Assembly: GCA_964490075.1 (NCBI GenBank)
Contig: CAZBBK010000004.1
Location: 124,001 to 154,993 of the forward strand
Length of the DNA: 30,993 nucleotides
DNA from: an uncultured Gemmatimonadota bacterium
Lineage (GTDB): Bacteria; GCA-2686955
Direction of reading: 5' to 3'
Below, one piece after another: positions 17,642 to 27,472 of the stretch (within the stretch, counting starts at the first letter, position 1; each line of letters begins with the position of its first letter). The notes below the pieces were generated by a model. It saw only the letters and a list, made by a program, of their open reading frames with translations, was not told where the DNA came from and did no database searches. Made by a program: the position numbers and the translations under genes.

Positions 17642-17666
17642 CAACTCGTTGGAAAACCACTAGTTA
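17642..17666. promoter_or_regulatory. AT-rich IHF-like site between the promoter and the enhancer
   Basis: TTCCAACGAGTTG (minus) and AAACCACTAGTTA (plus), each about 2 mismatches from WATCAAN4TTR, in a GC-rich background. Confidence 0.45.
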
Positions 17667-17723
17667 CGAGTGCACATCCGAACCCGAGGGGGGCAAGAGG
17701 GCGAGGTGGCCAGGCGAGCGAGA

Positions 17724-17756
17724 TGTCAAAGTGGCAGCAATTCTGCCATAACGACA
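17724..17756. promoter_or_regulatory. Tandem imperfect palindromes, putative enhancer-binding-protein sites
   Basis: TGTCAAAGTGGCA (17724-17736) and TGCCATAACGACA (17744-17756), 20 bp centre to centre, about 110-145 bp upstream of the sigma54 site. Confidence 0.55.
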
Positions 17757-17776
17757 TGACAACGGAAGGAGGGGTC

Positions 17777-19297
17777 TCAGCCGCGTTCCGCCATCCGAAG
17801 AGCGGCGACCGGAACCGTCGCCTTGGCCAGCGACTCGGCGTACTCCTCCTCGGGCAGGGAGTCGGCGGTCACCGCTCCGCCGACTCCGAGCGTGACGCGC
17901 CCTTCGCGACGAACCAGGGCACGGATCAGCACCGAGAGATCGAGGTTGCCGTTGCTCGATACGTAGCCCAGGGCGCCCGCGTACGGTCCCCGCGCCACCG
18001 GTTCCAGGGCGTCGATGAGCTGGCAGGTGCGGATCTTCGGCGCGCCGGTCATCGACCCCGGCGGGAAGGCGGCGCGGATCAGCTCGGCCGGACCGACTCC
18101 CGCGGCTCGCAACGCGCTCACCGTGCTCACCAGGTGGTAGACCGAGGGGTGGCGCTCGGGGCGGCAGAGGCGCTCGACGCGCACCGAGCCGACGCGCGCC
18201 ACCCGCCCGAGGTCGTTGCGCGCCAGATCGCAGATCATGAGGTTCTCGGCGCGGTCCTTGGCGCTGCTCAGCAGGGCGCGCAGGGCGCCGCGCTCGGTGG
18301 CGGCGCCGCGCGGGCGGGTGCCCTTGATGGGCCGGCTTTCGATCCGTTGGCCGCGCGCGCAGAGGAAGCGCTCCGGAGACGACGACACGATGGTGGCGCC
18401 GGGCAGATCGGCGAAGGCCGAGAAGGGAGTGGGGCCGAGCCGCCGCAGCGCGGCGTGGATGGCGGGCGGGGGCGGGGCCGAGGGCAGCTCCAGGCGCTGG
18501 GTCAGGTTGACCTCGTAGCTGTCGCCGGCCCGAATCGACTCCTGGATGCGGCGCACCGCGGCGAGATAGGCGGCGCGACCCAAGGACGACGCGACGCCCT
18601 CCGGCAGGGTGCGCAGAGGCGCCAGCGGGGGCGGGGGCGGGGGCCGCCGTTCGGAGGGCGGCGGATCGCCCGCCGCAGTGGCGCGTGCGGCGGCCTCGAG
18701 CAGGGCCGCGCCGGCCCCTTGCAGCGACTCGACCAGCTCGATTCGTCCGCGCATCCGGTCGTGCACCAGCGCGGCGCCGTAGAAGTGGGCCCGCAACAAC
18801 GCTTCGCGCGGCGCCTTGGGCGGCAGGGGCGCGAAGGCGCCGGGCTCGATCAGCCGGATGAGCTCGTGGGAGAGCGAGACGACGGCACCGCCGGTGAAGG
18901 GCAGCGCGGCGGGCGCGGCCGGGCCCATGACGCGCGAGATGGTCTCCAGGGATGCGATCGGATCGCCGCGCCAGCGCAGCGCCGTATCGCCCGCGGGGGC
19001 GCGCAGCACGAGCTCGGATCGCCCGGGGCCGATCTCGAACGCTTCGAGGCTGGCGACGGGCGCCAGGAAGAGCAGAGTGCGGCGCGACACCGGCCCCAGC
19101 GCGCCGCCCGACTCCAGCAGACAGGCTCCCGGGGGGTGACCGGCGAGCTCCAGGATCCGGGCGGGATGGGGCGCGTCGGGCAGCGGCACCCGGCGCGGCT
19201 CCGGCAGGCGGCGGCGCGGTGGAGCCAGGGCGTCGAGCACCCGGCGCAGCCGGGGCGCGTCGTGCACGAGCCCGGGAGGGGCGGGGGCCCCGATCAT
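17777..19297 (-). CDS. pabB: Aminodeoxychorismate synthase component I
   Basis: LLESG, PFTGG, SSSPERF, PIKGT (Lys form, PabB-type rather than TrpE PIAGT), AENLMICDLARNDLGRV, FPPGSMTGAPK. Confidence 0.88.
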   Translation of the reverse strand: MIGAPAPPGLVHDAPRLRRVLDALAPPRRRLPEPRRVPLPDAPHPARILELAGHPPGACLLESGGALGPVSRRTLLFLAPVASLEAFEIGPGRSELVLRAPAGDTALRWRGDPIASLETISRVMGPAAPAALPFTGGAVVSLSHELIRLIEPGAFAPLPPKAPREALLRAHFYGAALVHDRMRGRIELVESLQGAGAALLEAAARATAAGDPPPSERRPPPPPPLAPLRTLPEGVASSLGRAAYLAAVRRIQESIRAGDSYEVNLTQRLELPSAPPPPAIHAALRRLGPTPFSAFADLPGATIVSSSPERFLCARGQRIESRPIKGTRPRGAATERGALRALLSSAKDRAENLMICDLARNDLGRVARVGSVRVERLCRPERHPSVYHLVSTVSALRAAGVGPAELIRAAFPPGSMTGAPKIRTCQLIDALEPVARGPYAGALGYVSSNGNLDLSVLIRALVRREGRVTLGVGGAVTADSLPEEEYAESLAKATVPVAALRMAERG

Positions 19298-20157
19298 GGG
19301 GCGCCTCGCGCCGCGCTGGCGGCGCGGAATCGGGCCAGCTCGGCTTCGAAGCGGGCGCCCAGACGGGCGCTGATCGGACCGGGGCAGCGGTCGCCGATCG
19401 GGCGCCCCTCAAGCAGGGCGATCGGCAGCACGCCGATGCCGGCCGAGGTCAGGAAGGCTTCGTCGGCGGCACGCAAGCGGGCCAGCTCGTGACGCACCTC
19501 GCACGCCCCGATGCCCTGCTCCGCCGCGTCACGAAGCACGAAGCGGCGCGTCACTCCGGGCAAGGGGCCGAGCTCCAGCGCCGGGGTGTGGAGGATGCCC
19601 TGGTGGACCCAGAAGACGTTGCTGCAGGTGCCTTCGATGACGCACCCGCCGGAGTCCAGCAGCAGCGCCTCGGTGGCCCCGGTGGCGAGCGCGGCGCGCC
19701 GCGCCAGCAGCAGCGGCTGAAACGAGATCGACTTGATCGTGGGCGACCGCGGCGCGCCCCGGGCCCCCTCGGCGACCACGACCCGCGCCCCGGCCCCCGC
19801 CGGAGCCTTTGCCAGAGCGCGCAGGTGCACCGCCAGGGTGGGGCCCCCTCCCCCATCGCGGCCCTCGAGGTCGGCCTGGACGCCGCGGCTGAGGGTGACC
19901 CGCGCCAGGCACTCCGCTCGAGCATTGCGCGCGCTGAGCTCGGCGACGATCGCGTCGAGATCGGCAAGGGCGGCGGGCGCGGGGATGCCGCAGAGATCGA
20001 GCCCGGCGCGCAGCCGCTCGACATGCGCCGCGAGCCGGAAGGCCCGCCCGCCGGCCACGCGCAAGGTCTCGAAGAGACCGTCGCCGCTCAAGAAGCCGGC
20101 GTCGCGGGCCGACACCACGGGATTGTCGCCAAAAACGCCGTCGACGAAGGCGATCAA
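19294..20157 (-). CDS. pabC: PLP fold-type IV enzyme, probably 4-amino-4-deoxychorismate lyase
   Basis: DAGFLSGDGLFETLR, HVERL, TIKS (PLP Lys), EGTCSN, LPGVTR, ADEAFLTS; TTG start overlaps the upstream TGA; adjacent to pabB. Confidence 0.75.
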   Translation of the reverse strand: MIAFVDGVFGDNPVVSARDAGFLSGDGLFETLRVAGGRAFRLAAHVERLRAGLDLCGIPAPAALADLDAIVAELSARNARAECLARVTLSRGVQADLEGRDGGGGPTLAVHLRALAKAPAGAGARVVVAEGARGAPRSPTIKSISFQPLLLARRAALATGATEALLLDSGGCVIEGTCSNVFWVHQGILHTPALELGPLPGVTRRFVLRDAAEQGIGACEVRHELARLRAADEAFLTSAGIGVLPIALLEGRPIGDRCPGPISARLGARFEAELARFRAASAARGAP

Positions 20158-22751
20158 GGGAGCACTTCCAGCAGCATGCCGGCGCCGTCGAGCGCCACAC
20201 CGCCGGCAATGATCTCGAGCGCCGCGCCGTGAGTGCCCGGCGCCAGCGCCGGCAGGCGGCGACCGATCTGGAGCTCGCGGGTCTCGGCGGGCGCCAGCGA
20301 GCCGAAGGGCATCCGGCCGACCGGAGCGCCGTCGAGGACCAGGCGCAGGGCGACGTCCTGCACCTCGCCGGAGTGGTTGGTGACGCGGACCGTCGCCTGG
20401 ACCGGATCGCCCGCACGCACTCCGAGCAGGGCCGCCGGCCGTAGGTCGATGTCGATCAAGGGCGACACCTCGCCGAGCAGCGCCAGATCGTCGATCCACC
20501 ATCCCTCGCCGGCCAGCGAATCGTCCGAGCCGAGGTGCCAGCGCAGCAGCACCTGCTGGCCGACGTAGTCGGCGAGCGCCACCACTTCGCGCCGCCAATC
20601 GACGCGGCCGCTCCAGCCGGGCTCGCCGGAAAGCGCCTGGTTGGCGCCCGGGAAGGCGGGCAGCGAGTAGCCGCGCGAGGGCTCGAGCACGGCCCAGGTC
20701 TGGCCGGCGTCGGTGGAGATCTTCAGGTTGCCGCCGTCGTAGCCCTCTTCGGTGGCGAGCTGGTGGTGGAAGGCGATTCGGGCGTCGGCGCCCCGCACCA
20801 CCAAGGGCGGGGCGATCAGGCTGGCGTCAGCCTGGTTCGGGTAGCCGCCGCCCAGCGGCGCTCCCCAGAGCGCCGGTGCGCTGTGGGCGTCGGGCCCGAC
20901 CCCGTGCGCCCACACCCCACCTCGAGCTGTCATGCCGCCCGAGGTCTGATCGAAGTCCTGCACCGGCGCCAGCACCAATTCCGTCGCGAGTGTGTCGCCG
21001 GCGACGATCACCAGGCTCTCCGGCGGCGCGGCGCGCAGCACGGCCCGCGCCTCGAGCACGACCAGCGAATCTCCCGGCAGGTCGTCGAGCTGGAAGAGCC
21101 CATCGACCTTCGAGGGAGCGTGGGCCTGCGCCGGGAGCACGCGCAGTGCCGCGCCGGTCGCGACACCCTCTTCGGTGGTGCAGGTGCCCATCACCGAGCC
21201 GCCCGCCAGGGCGCGCGGCGCCAGGTCGAGGGTGGTGATTCCGCCGGCATCGACCGCCACCCAGGCGCTGTCGGGCGCCAGGCCCCAGGCGCCGGCAATC
21301 ACCAGCTGCTCGGCGCCTTCGGGCAAGGGCAGCAGGTAGTCGCCCTCGGCCTCGTCGACCAGCACGTCGAAAGCGATGGCGGCGGCGCGCACCCGGGCGC
21401 CGCGGGCCAGCGCGGCATCGGAGCGCGGCAGCAACACCCGGCCCTGGACGTGACCCAGCAGCTCGTTGCGCACCCCGATCGCGGCCCGCGCATCGATCCG
21501 CCCCCAGCCATAGTGGTCGTCGCGGCCGGCCGCGCCGAGATCGACCGCCCCCAGAGCCAGCGAGAGCAGCAGGGCGTCGCGGTGCGGCGCGAAGGGGCTG
21601 GCCGACGCCACCAGCGCGGCGCAGCCGGCCGCCAGCGGCGCCGCGAAGGAGGTGCCGCTGGCCGAGGTGTAACGCCCGTAGATGTCGGTGGTCCAGACAT
21701 CCTTGGCTGGTGCGGCGAGGCGGATCTCGGGACCGCGGGCGGAGCTGGACCACAAGGTGTCGCCGCGGGTGGTGCCCGAGATCGCCACCGCGTCGTCCAG
21801 GGTCGCCGGATAGGCGACATTGTGTCCGGTGTTGCCGGATGCCGCGACCAGCAACACTCCGGCCCGGCGCGCCTCGGCCAGCGCGGCGTCGATCGCCTGC
21901 GAAGGCGAGACGCTGAGCGAGAGCGAGATGATCTGCGCGCCGGCGTCGATGGCGTAGAGAACGGCGTCGTCGAGGACCTCGGAGTAGGGACCGGCCTCGC
22001 CGATCTGCAGCGCCATCACCCGCACACCGCCCGCGCCACCCCAGCCGCCCGCGATTCCGGCGACACCCTTTCCGTTGGCGGTGCGCGCCGCGATCACTCC
22101 CGCGACACGCGTGCCGTGCGACGAATCGGTGGGGCGCGGATCGTTGTTGTCGTTGGCGAAATCCCATCCCCACAGATCGTCGATGAAGCCGTTCTCGTCG
22201 TCGTCCAGGCCGTTCAGGCTCTCGCCCGGGTTGCGCCACGCGGCGCCCCAGAGGTCGGTGTGCTCGAGCTCGATTCCGGAGTCGAGCAGGGCGACGACGA
22301 TGTCGCCCTCGCCGGTGGAGATGCGCCAGGCGTCGCGGGCGGCCAGGTCGGCGCCGGGCAGCCCACCCTCCTGGCCGGTGTTCTCGAGATGCCAGGCGTC
22401 GGCGAAGCGCGGATCGTCGGGAAGGGGCGGATCGGCGCCGAAGATCAGCCAACGGCCCGGAGCGACGACCTCGGCCCAGCGCACGCCTGGATCGAGGGCC
22501 AGGCGCCGCGCCGCGGCCTGCGCCCTGCCCGGGCGCGCGTGCGCATCGGCGATTCCCAGGCGGTTGACGCGCGCCAGACGCAGGCCGTGCCGCCGCGCCA
22601 GCGCTTCCGCCGCCGCCACCCCGCCGCCGCGAGGCGCAAAGGAGATCGCGGCGTGGCGATCGGCGGGAGCATGCGGCAAAGCTCGCGAGTCGAAGTCCTC
22701 CGCCGCGGCAACACCGAGGCCAGCGGCGATGGACAGGAGCAGGGTCTTCAC
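20154..22751 (-). CDS. Secreted S8 (subtilisin-like) serine peptidase with C-terminal Ig-like and MAM/InhA-like domains
   Basis: Signal peptide; triad motifs LLDSG, SHGTRVAG, SGTSFAAP; AASGN oxyanion motif; C-terminal YDGGNLKISTDAGQTW...GWWIDD. Confidence 0.92.
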   Translation of the reverse strand: MKTLLLSIAAGLGVAAAEDFDSRALPHAPADRHAAISFAPRGGGVAAAEALARRHGLRLARVNRLGIADAHARPGRAQAAARRLALDPGVRWAEVVAPGRWLIFGADPPLPDDPRFADAWHLENTGQEGGLPGADLAARDAWRISTGEGDIVVALLDSGIELEHTDLWGAAWRNPGESLNGLDDDENGFIDDLWGWDFANDNNDPRPTDSSHGTRVAGVIAARTANGKGVAGIAGGWGGAGGVRVMALQIGEAGPYSEVLDDAVLYAIDAGAQIISLSLSVSPSQAIDAALAEARRAGVLLVAASGNTGHNVAYPATLDDAVAISGTTRGDTLWSSSARGPEIRLAAPAKDVWTTDIYGRYTSASGTSFAAPLAAGCAALVASASPFAPHRDALLLSLALGAVDLGAAGRDDHYGWGRIDARAAIGVRNELLGHVQGRVLLPRSDAALARGARVRAAAIAFDVLVDEAEGDYLLPLPEGAEQLVIAGAWGLAPDSAWVAVDAGGITTLDLAPRALAGGSVMGTCTTEEGVATGAALRVLPAQAHAPSKVDGLFQLDDLPGDSLVVLEARAVLRAAPPESLVIVAGDTLATELVLAPVQDFDQTSGGMTARGGVWAHGVGPDAHSAPALWGAPLGGGYPNQADASLIAPPLVVRGADARIAFHHQLATEEGYDGGNLKISTDAGQTWAVLEPSRGYSLPAFPGANQALSGEPGWSGRVDWRREVVALADYVGQQVLLRWHLGSDDSLAGEGWWIDDLALLGEVSPLIDIDLRPAALLGVRAGDPVQATVRVTNHSGEVQDVALRLVLDGAPVGRMPFGSLAPAETRELQIGRRLPALAPGTHGAALEIIAGGVALDGAGMLLEVLP

Positions 22752-24751
22752 GACGCCGCTCCCAGCTCGATGCTCTCCACCACCGCGTCGAAGAGCGGCT
22801 CGTCGCCGGGCCCCGGGTTCTCCATGGTGAACATGAAATAGGTGTCACCGTCCAGGAACACCAGGGCCAGGCGTCGCAGGCCGTCGTCCGGGTCGACGAA
22901 ATCGAGACGCAGGGCGGGCACCCCACCGATCCGCAGCGCGCGCCGCGCGGTGAAGCGGCCGACGTGCGCCGCGATCCGCGCTTCCGCACCGGCCAGGGAG
23001 AAGTCGTAGCCCACCACCAGGGCCTTCACCGCCAGCCCGGCGAGCTTGGCCGGGTCGGCCGGGTAGAACATCTGCAGGTAGTCGGGAGGCAGCTCTCCGG
23101 CGGGGCTGGGGCGCCACCCGCCCGGCGCCCGAAAGCGCAGTCGATGCTCCGGGCTGCGCACCGCGGCGCCCTCGATCCGCAGCGCGGGCCGCGCTCCGCC
23201 GAAGCGGATGCCGCCGGCCACGTACTCCTCGACCTCCAGGTCGATCCGTCCCATCACGTCGAGCATCGGCACGAAGGCGCTGCCGATCGCCCCCTCCGCC
23301 AGGGTGTTGGAGGCGATCTTGACGTGGGTGGCGTCGACCGAGTCGAGACCGAAGGCGGGGTCGAGGGGGAACCAGACCCCGACATAGACCTCGGTCCACA
23401 TGTGGTAGCCGAAGGCGCCGCGGAAGTAGACCAGGCCGCTGGCGGCACGCGCCGGAATGGCGGCGGCGCGGCACAGGGCGACCAGCAGCAGGGCGTGCTC
23501 GGTGCAGTCGCCCTCGCGGCGGCGCAACGCCTCCAGCGCCGAGGCGAAACCGACCTCGAAGCTCTTCTTGCCGATGGAGCGGAAGACCCACTGGTTGAGG
23601 ACCCGGGCGGCGGCCAGCGGATCGCTCTCGGCGCCGACCTGGTCGGCCACGACGCGCCGGATCTCGGGATCGCCGGACTGGATCAGGAGAGAAGAGGCGA
23701 GCTCGGCCGCCAGATCGGGGCCGCGATAGGGCCGCGTGTAGCTCGGCGTCGGCTCGGGAGGGCGGCGAATCGAGAGGCGCATCGGGGGCGTCGCCAACGA
23801 GGGATGAGTGGCGAGAGGCGCGTCGCCGCCGGCCGACGCGGCCACCTCGGGCGGCTCGACGGCGACCTGGTGGGGCGGCCAGCTCAGGCGGCCGCGATAG
23901 GCGGTGCCGGCATCGCGTGGCGAGACCCGCAGCAGCAGCTCGTCGACGGCGCGCGGCCGGGGGATCCGGCGCCCGGACTCGACCAGGGTCTCGAAGAGCA
24001 GATCGAGGGTGTAGTCCAGGGGCGGCGCCTCGGCGGCGGCGCGGTCGACCAGCCGGGTCTCCTGGACGATCCCCATCAGGTCGGCGCGCGAACGGAGCAC
24101 GGTTCCGGTCGCGATGTCGCGCCATTCGTCGGTCCCGGCATCGGGCATGCTCGACATGCGGGTGCGGGTATGCAGCAGGCGCCGGTCCTCGTCCCCCTGC
24201 TCGACGCCGAGCAGCTCCACGTCGAAGGTCTCGATGCCGCCCATCTCCGGCACGAAGGAGCGGTAACGCAGCTTCGACTCGCCGGCGGCGAAGGCGGCGG
24301 CCAGGAGGCGGTCGGCGGTCCAGGGGAAGACCAGATCGGCCCCGACCGGCAACGCCCGGCGCTGGCTCGCCTGGAGCCCGAGGGTGGTCAGAACGAGCGA
24401 GTCGCCCACCACTTCGCCGTGGGTCCGAGTCGAGGTCGCGGCGACCCGCTCTTCGTAGTCGATCGCCACCGGGCGCCCCTCGCGGGTCTGCACGAAACGC
24501 GCGGTGGTGCCCATCTCGACCCGCGCGCCCATGCGCCGCACGCGCATTTCGGTGTCGAGGGTGAGCGCGATCTCCTGGTCGCCTTCCCTCTCCACGGAGA
24601 CATGGAGAAAGCCGACCTTCTTTCCGCCAAGGGACAGGTCGTGCCACTCCTGGTGGGGCGGCTCGTGCGGCGGCCAGGTGTGGGCGGAGAACGCGGGAAG
24701 GGCCCAGAGCAGGGCAGCGAGAGCGGCGATCGAAGGGCGATGGCGGATCAT
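22748..24751 (-). CDS. Secreted transglutaminase-like (Cys-His-Asp) domain protein
   Basis: Signal peptide; GDCTEHA...RAAAIPAR, HMWTEVYVGVWFPLDP. Confidence 0.88.
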   Translation of the reverse strand: MIRHRPSIAALAALLWALPAFSAHTWPPHEPPHQEWHDLSLGGKKVGFLHVSVEREGDQEIALTLDTEMRVRRMGARVEMGTTARFVQTREGRPVAIDYEERVAATSTRTHGEVVGDSLVLTTLGLQASQRRALPVGADLVFPWTADRLLAAAFAAGESKLRYRSFVPEMGGIETFDVELLGVEQGDEDRRLLHTRTRMSSMPDAGTDEWRDIATGTVLRSRADLMGIVQETRLVDRAAAEAPPLDYTLDLLFETLVESGRRIPRPRAVDELLLRVSPRDAGTAYRGRLSWPPHQVAVEPPEVAASAGGDAPLATHPSLATPPMRLSIRRPPEPTPSYTRPYRGPDLAAELASSLLIQSGDPEIRRVVADQVGAESDPLAAARVLNQWVFRSIGKKSFEVGFASALEALRRREGDCTEHALLLVALCRAAAIPARAASGLVYFRGAFGYHMWTEVYVGVWFPLDPAFGLDSVDATHVKIASNTLAEGAIGSAFVPMLDVMGRIDLEVEEYVAGGIRFGGARPALRIEGAAVRSPEHRLRFRAPGGWRPSPAGELPPDYLQMFYPADPAKLAGLAVKALVVGYDFSLAGAEARIAAHVGRFTARRALRIGGVPALRLDFVDPDDGLRRLALVFLDGDTYFMFTMENPGPGDEPLFDAVVESIELGAAS

Positions 24752-24833
24752 GTAGAATCGACTCGGGCGTGTGGGACAGTGCAACAGTGCAAACATCTAT
24801 CTTGACGCAGGTAGAGACGAGCCGCCAGTCCAG

Positions 24834-25196
24834 ATGAAGAGAACTCGACCCAAGCTTCGAATCCCCCTCCCCCGGGCCGGCTGCCCTTTCTGCTGGGAGT
24901 GGTTGCCGCCGCCGGACCGAAACGCTCCCACCCACGGCCGTGAGCTGCCCGCCGGTCGCTGCGCCTGCGGCGCCTTCTTCGTCTTCGACCAGAGCGGCAA
25001 GTCCGCGGGCCAGGCGCAGATCGATTTGCGCACCCTGGCCTGCGGGGGCGACGTCGATCGCGGCCTGAAGCTGCGCGCCGACGAGGACTTCGACCTGCGC
25101 TCCAAGGCGCTCGGGGCGCAGACGATCCAGGGCCGCCGCGTGGTGCGCGGGCACCCCTATCTGCAGCCCAAGGTCTGGGCGCTCGAGCTTCGCTGA
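24834..25196 (+). CDS. Small hypothetical protein with a CPFC...CxCG zinc-ribbon-like motif
   Basis: CPFCWEW...GRCACGAFFVFDQSG; strong GC3 codon bias; co-oriented with the downstream ACAD. Confidence 0.7.
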   Translation: MKRTRPKLRIPLPRAGCPFCWEWLPPPDRNAPTHGRELPAGRCACGAFFVFDQSGKSAGQAQIDLRTLACGGDVDRGLKLRADEDFDLRSKALGAQTIQGRRVVRGHPYLQPKVWALELR

Positions 25197-25248
25197 TCGC
25201 AGCCCGCTGAAGGTCTATGCTCCGGGGACAATCTCAGGAGATTCGCCG

Positions 25249-26400
25249 ATGGCTTCAAAGCTGTTTTCCGAGGATCACGAGCTCTTCCGCGATGCCTTCC
25301 GCCGCTTCGTCGCGACCGAGGTGACGCCGCGTGTCGAGGAATGGGAACGGGCCCGCGAGGTTCCGCGCGAGCTGTGGCTGAAGATGGGGGAGCAGGGGTT
25401 TCTGTGTCCCGGGTTGCCGGAGGCCGAGGGGGGCCTGGGGCTCGACTTCGGCTACTCGATGATCGTCAACCAGGAGCTGATCCGGGGCGACGGCTTCGGG
25501 GTTGGAGTGCCGCTGCACAGCGATGTCGCGACACCTTATCTGGTCGACTATGGGACGGCCGAGGCGAAGGGGCGCTGGCTGCCGGGCTGCTTGAGCGGCG
25601 AGACGATCAGCGCGGTGGCCTTCACCGAGCCCGATGCCGGCAGCGACCTGGCGGCGATTCGCACTCGAGCGGTGCGGATGGGCGACGAGTACGTGATCAA
25701 CGGACAGAAGACCTTCATCACCAACGGCTGGGTCTCCGATCTGAACGTGGTGGCGGTGAAGACAGATCCGGAGGCCGGACACAAGGGGATGAGCCTGATT
25801 TTGGTCGAGGCGGGGGCGCCCGGCTTCGAACGCGGGCGCAAGCTGGAGAAGATGGGCTACCACATGCAGGACACGGCGGAGCTGGCGTTCGTCGACTGCC
25901 GCGTGCCGGCGACCAATCTGCTCGGCGAAGAGGGGCGGGGATTCCGCTACCTGATGGAGAAGCTGCAGCAGGAACGGCTCGAGGTGAGCATCAAGTGTCA
26001 GACCATGGCCGAGGAGTGTCTGCGCGAGGCGATCGGCTACGCGCACACCCGCAGCGCCTTCGGCAAGCCGATCGCCGTCCACCAGGCGAATGCCTTCCAA
26101 CTGGCGGAGATGGCGACCGAGGTGGAGTTGGGGCGCACTTTTCTGGAGGATCTGGTCGTCGAGCATATCGCCGGCAACAACATCGTTCAGCGGGTGTCGA
26201 TGGCGAAGTACTGGCTGGCCGAGATGGCCAACCGGGTGGCCTACGCGGCGGTTCAGCTCCACGGCGGCTACGGCTACATGGAGGAGTATCGAATCTGTCG
26301 GCTGTTCCGCGACGTGCGCTCGCTGCCGATCGTCGCCGGGACCAGCGAGGTGATGAAGCTGATCGTGGCGCGCGGGTTGGCGCCAGGGAAGTCGAGGTAG
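25249..26400 (+). CDS. Acyl-CoA dehydrogenase (long-chain type)
   Basis: FTEPDAGSDL, NGQKTFITNG, LQQERL, QLHGGYGYMEEY, AGTSEVMK; AGGAG RBS. Confidence 0.95.
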   Translation: MASKLFSEDHELFRDAFRRFVATEVTPRVEEWERAREVPRELWLKMGEQGFLCPGLPEAEGGLGLDFGYSMIVNQELIRGDGFGVGVPLHSDVATPYLVDYGTAEAKGRWLPGCLSGETISAVAFTEPDAGSDLAAIRTRAVRMGDEYVINGQKTFITNGWVSDLNVVAVKTDPEAGHKGMSLILVEAGAPGFERGRKLEKMGYHMQDTAELAFVDCRVPATNLLGEEGRGFRYLMEKLQQERLEVSIKCQTMAEECLREAIGYAHTRSAFGKPIAVHQANAFQLAEMATEVELGRTFLEDLVVEHIAGNNIVQRVSMAKYWLAEMANRVAYAAVQLHGGYGYMEEYRICRLFRDVRSLPIVAGTSEVMKLIVARGLAPGKSR

Positions 26401-27465
26401 ATGATGCAGGTGCGGCTGTTCGAGGAGGGCGACGAGGAGCGCGTGGGGGCGTTGCTGGAGGAGTGCTTCGGCGACCTCTATACGCGGGAATTCTTGCGCT
26501 GGAAGTACCGCGACAACCCCTGGGGATTCCTGCCGCCGGCGTTGATGGAAGACGAAGGCGAGATCGTCGGTCACCTGGGGTTGGTGTCGCTGCCGTTCCG
26601 GGTGAGCGGGCGCAGCGTGCTCGGGCTACTGGCGGCCGACGCGGCGGTCTCGCCACGGATGCGCAAGACCAGCCTCTCCGACGGCGGCGCGCTGCGCGAG
26701 ATGTGGAATCTGGTGAGCGAGATGGGGGCACGCAGGGCCGACCTCGGAGTGTCGATTCCGGTGGCCGGCTTCTACGCGGTTGGGCGACGCTACTTCGGCG
26801 CCAAGCATCTGTGTACGATCCCGGAGCTCAAAGGGGTGGTGTCGCACTATCCGGCGTATCGCGGCCGGGGAGCGCCGAAGCCGGTCGCGCGGGCGCTTTC
26901 GGCGCTGACCTCCGGGCGCAGGCGGGCGCGCTTTCGGCGCGGCGGGGCGCAGGGTGAAGTGGCGCGGATCGAAGCGAAGGACCTGGGCGAGGGCTTCGAT
27001 TCCTTTTGGAGCGCGTGCGCTGCGACCCGCAAGGTCTCGATCGTCAAGGATTCGGCCTATCTCACCTGGCGCTACCTGAACCATCCGCTCTTCGACGTCG
27101 ACCTGCTGGGATGCTCCGCGGGCGGAACCTATCAAGGGTTCATGGCGCTGCGCTTCTCGCGGATCGACGAGTGGCGTTTCGCCGACATCCTCGACTTCGA
27201 GTGCCGGGATGGGCGCGTCGAAACCGCGGCGGCCCTCTTCGACGCCTTCCTGCAACGCGCGCGCGCCGTGGGAACCGACTTCGTACGCATCTGGTGTACG
27301 GCGGCGCACCCGCTGCGCCCCTTCATCGACGGCCTGGGGCTGCAGCCCGAAGGCAAGGGAGTGCGGACCTTGATCTACCCGGTGTCGAGCGAGGCGATCG
27401 ATCGCGAAGCGCTCACCGATGGTGAGAATTGGCTGTTCGCGATGGGGGACAGCGAGGGGCGCTAG
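26401..27465 (+). CDS. GNAT-family N-acyltransferase (two-lobed)
   Basis: FLRWKYRDNP, GEIVGH, DAAVSPRMR, YLTWRY, C-terminal GDSE; abuts the ACAD stop codon. Confidence 0.7.
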   Translation: MMQVRLFEEGDEERVGALLEECFGDLYTREFLRWKYRDNPWGFLPPALMEDEGEIVGHLGLVSLPFRVSGRSVLGLLAADAAVSPRMRKTSLSDGGALREMWNLVSEMGARRADLGVSIPVAGFYAVGRRYFGAKHLCTIPELKGVVSHYPAYRGRGAPKPVARALSALTSGRRRARFRRGGAQGEVARIEAKDLGEGFDSFWSACAATRKVSIVKDSAYLTWRYLNHPLFDVDLLGCSAGGTYQGFMALRFSRIDEWRFADILDFECRDGRVETAAALFDAFLQRARAVGTDFVRIWCTAAHPLRPFIDGLGLQPEGKGVRTLIYPVSSEAIDREALTDGENWLFAMGDSEGR

Positions 27466-27472
27466 CCAGGGG

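Noticed and set aside
16829-17644. N-terminal extension of the 688-aa GT4 ORF
   Set aside because: Runs through hsp20 in another frame; the RBS-linked ATG at 16828 is the credible start.
17777-19297. trpE assignment
   Set aside because: The PIKGT motif and adjacency to a fold-type IV lyase favour pabB.
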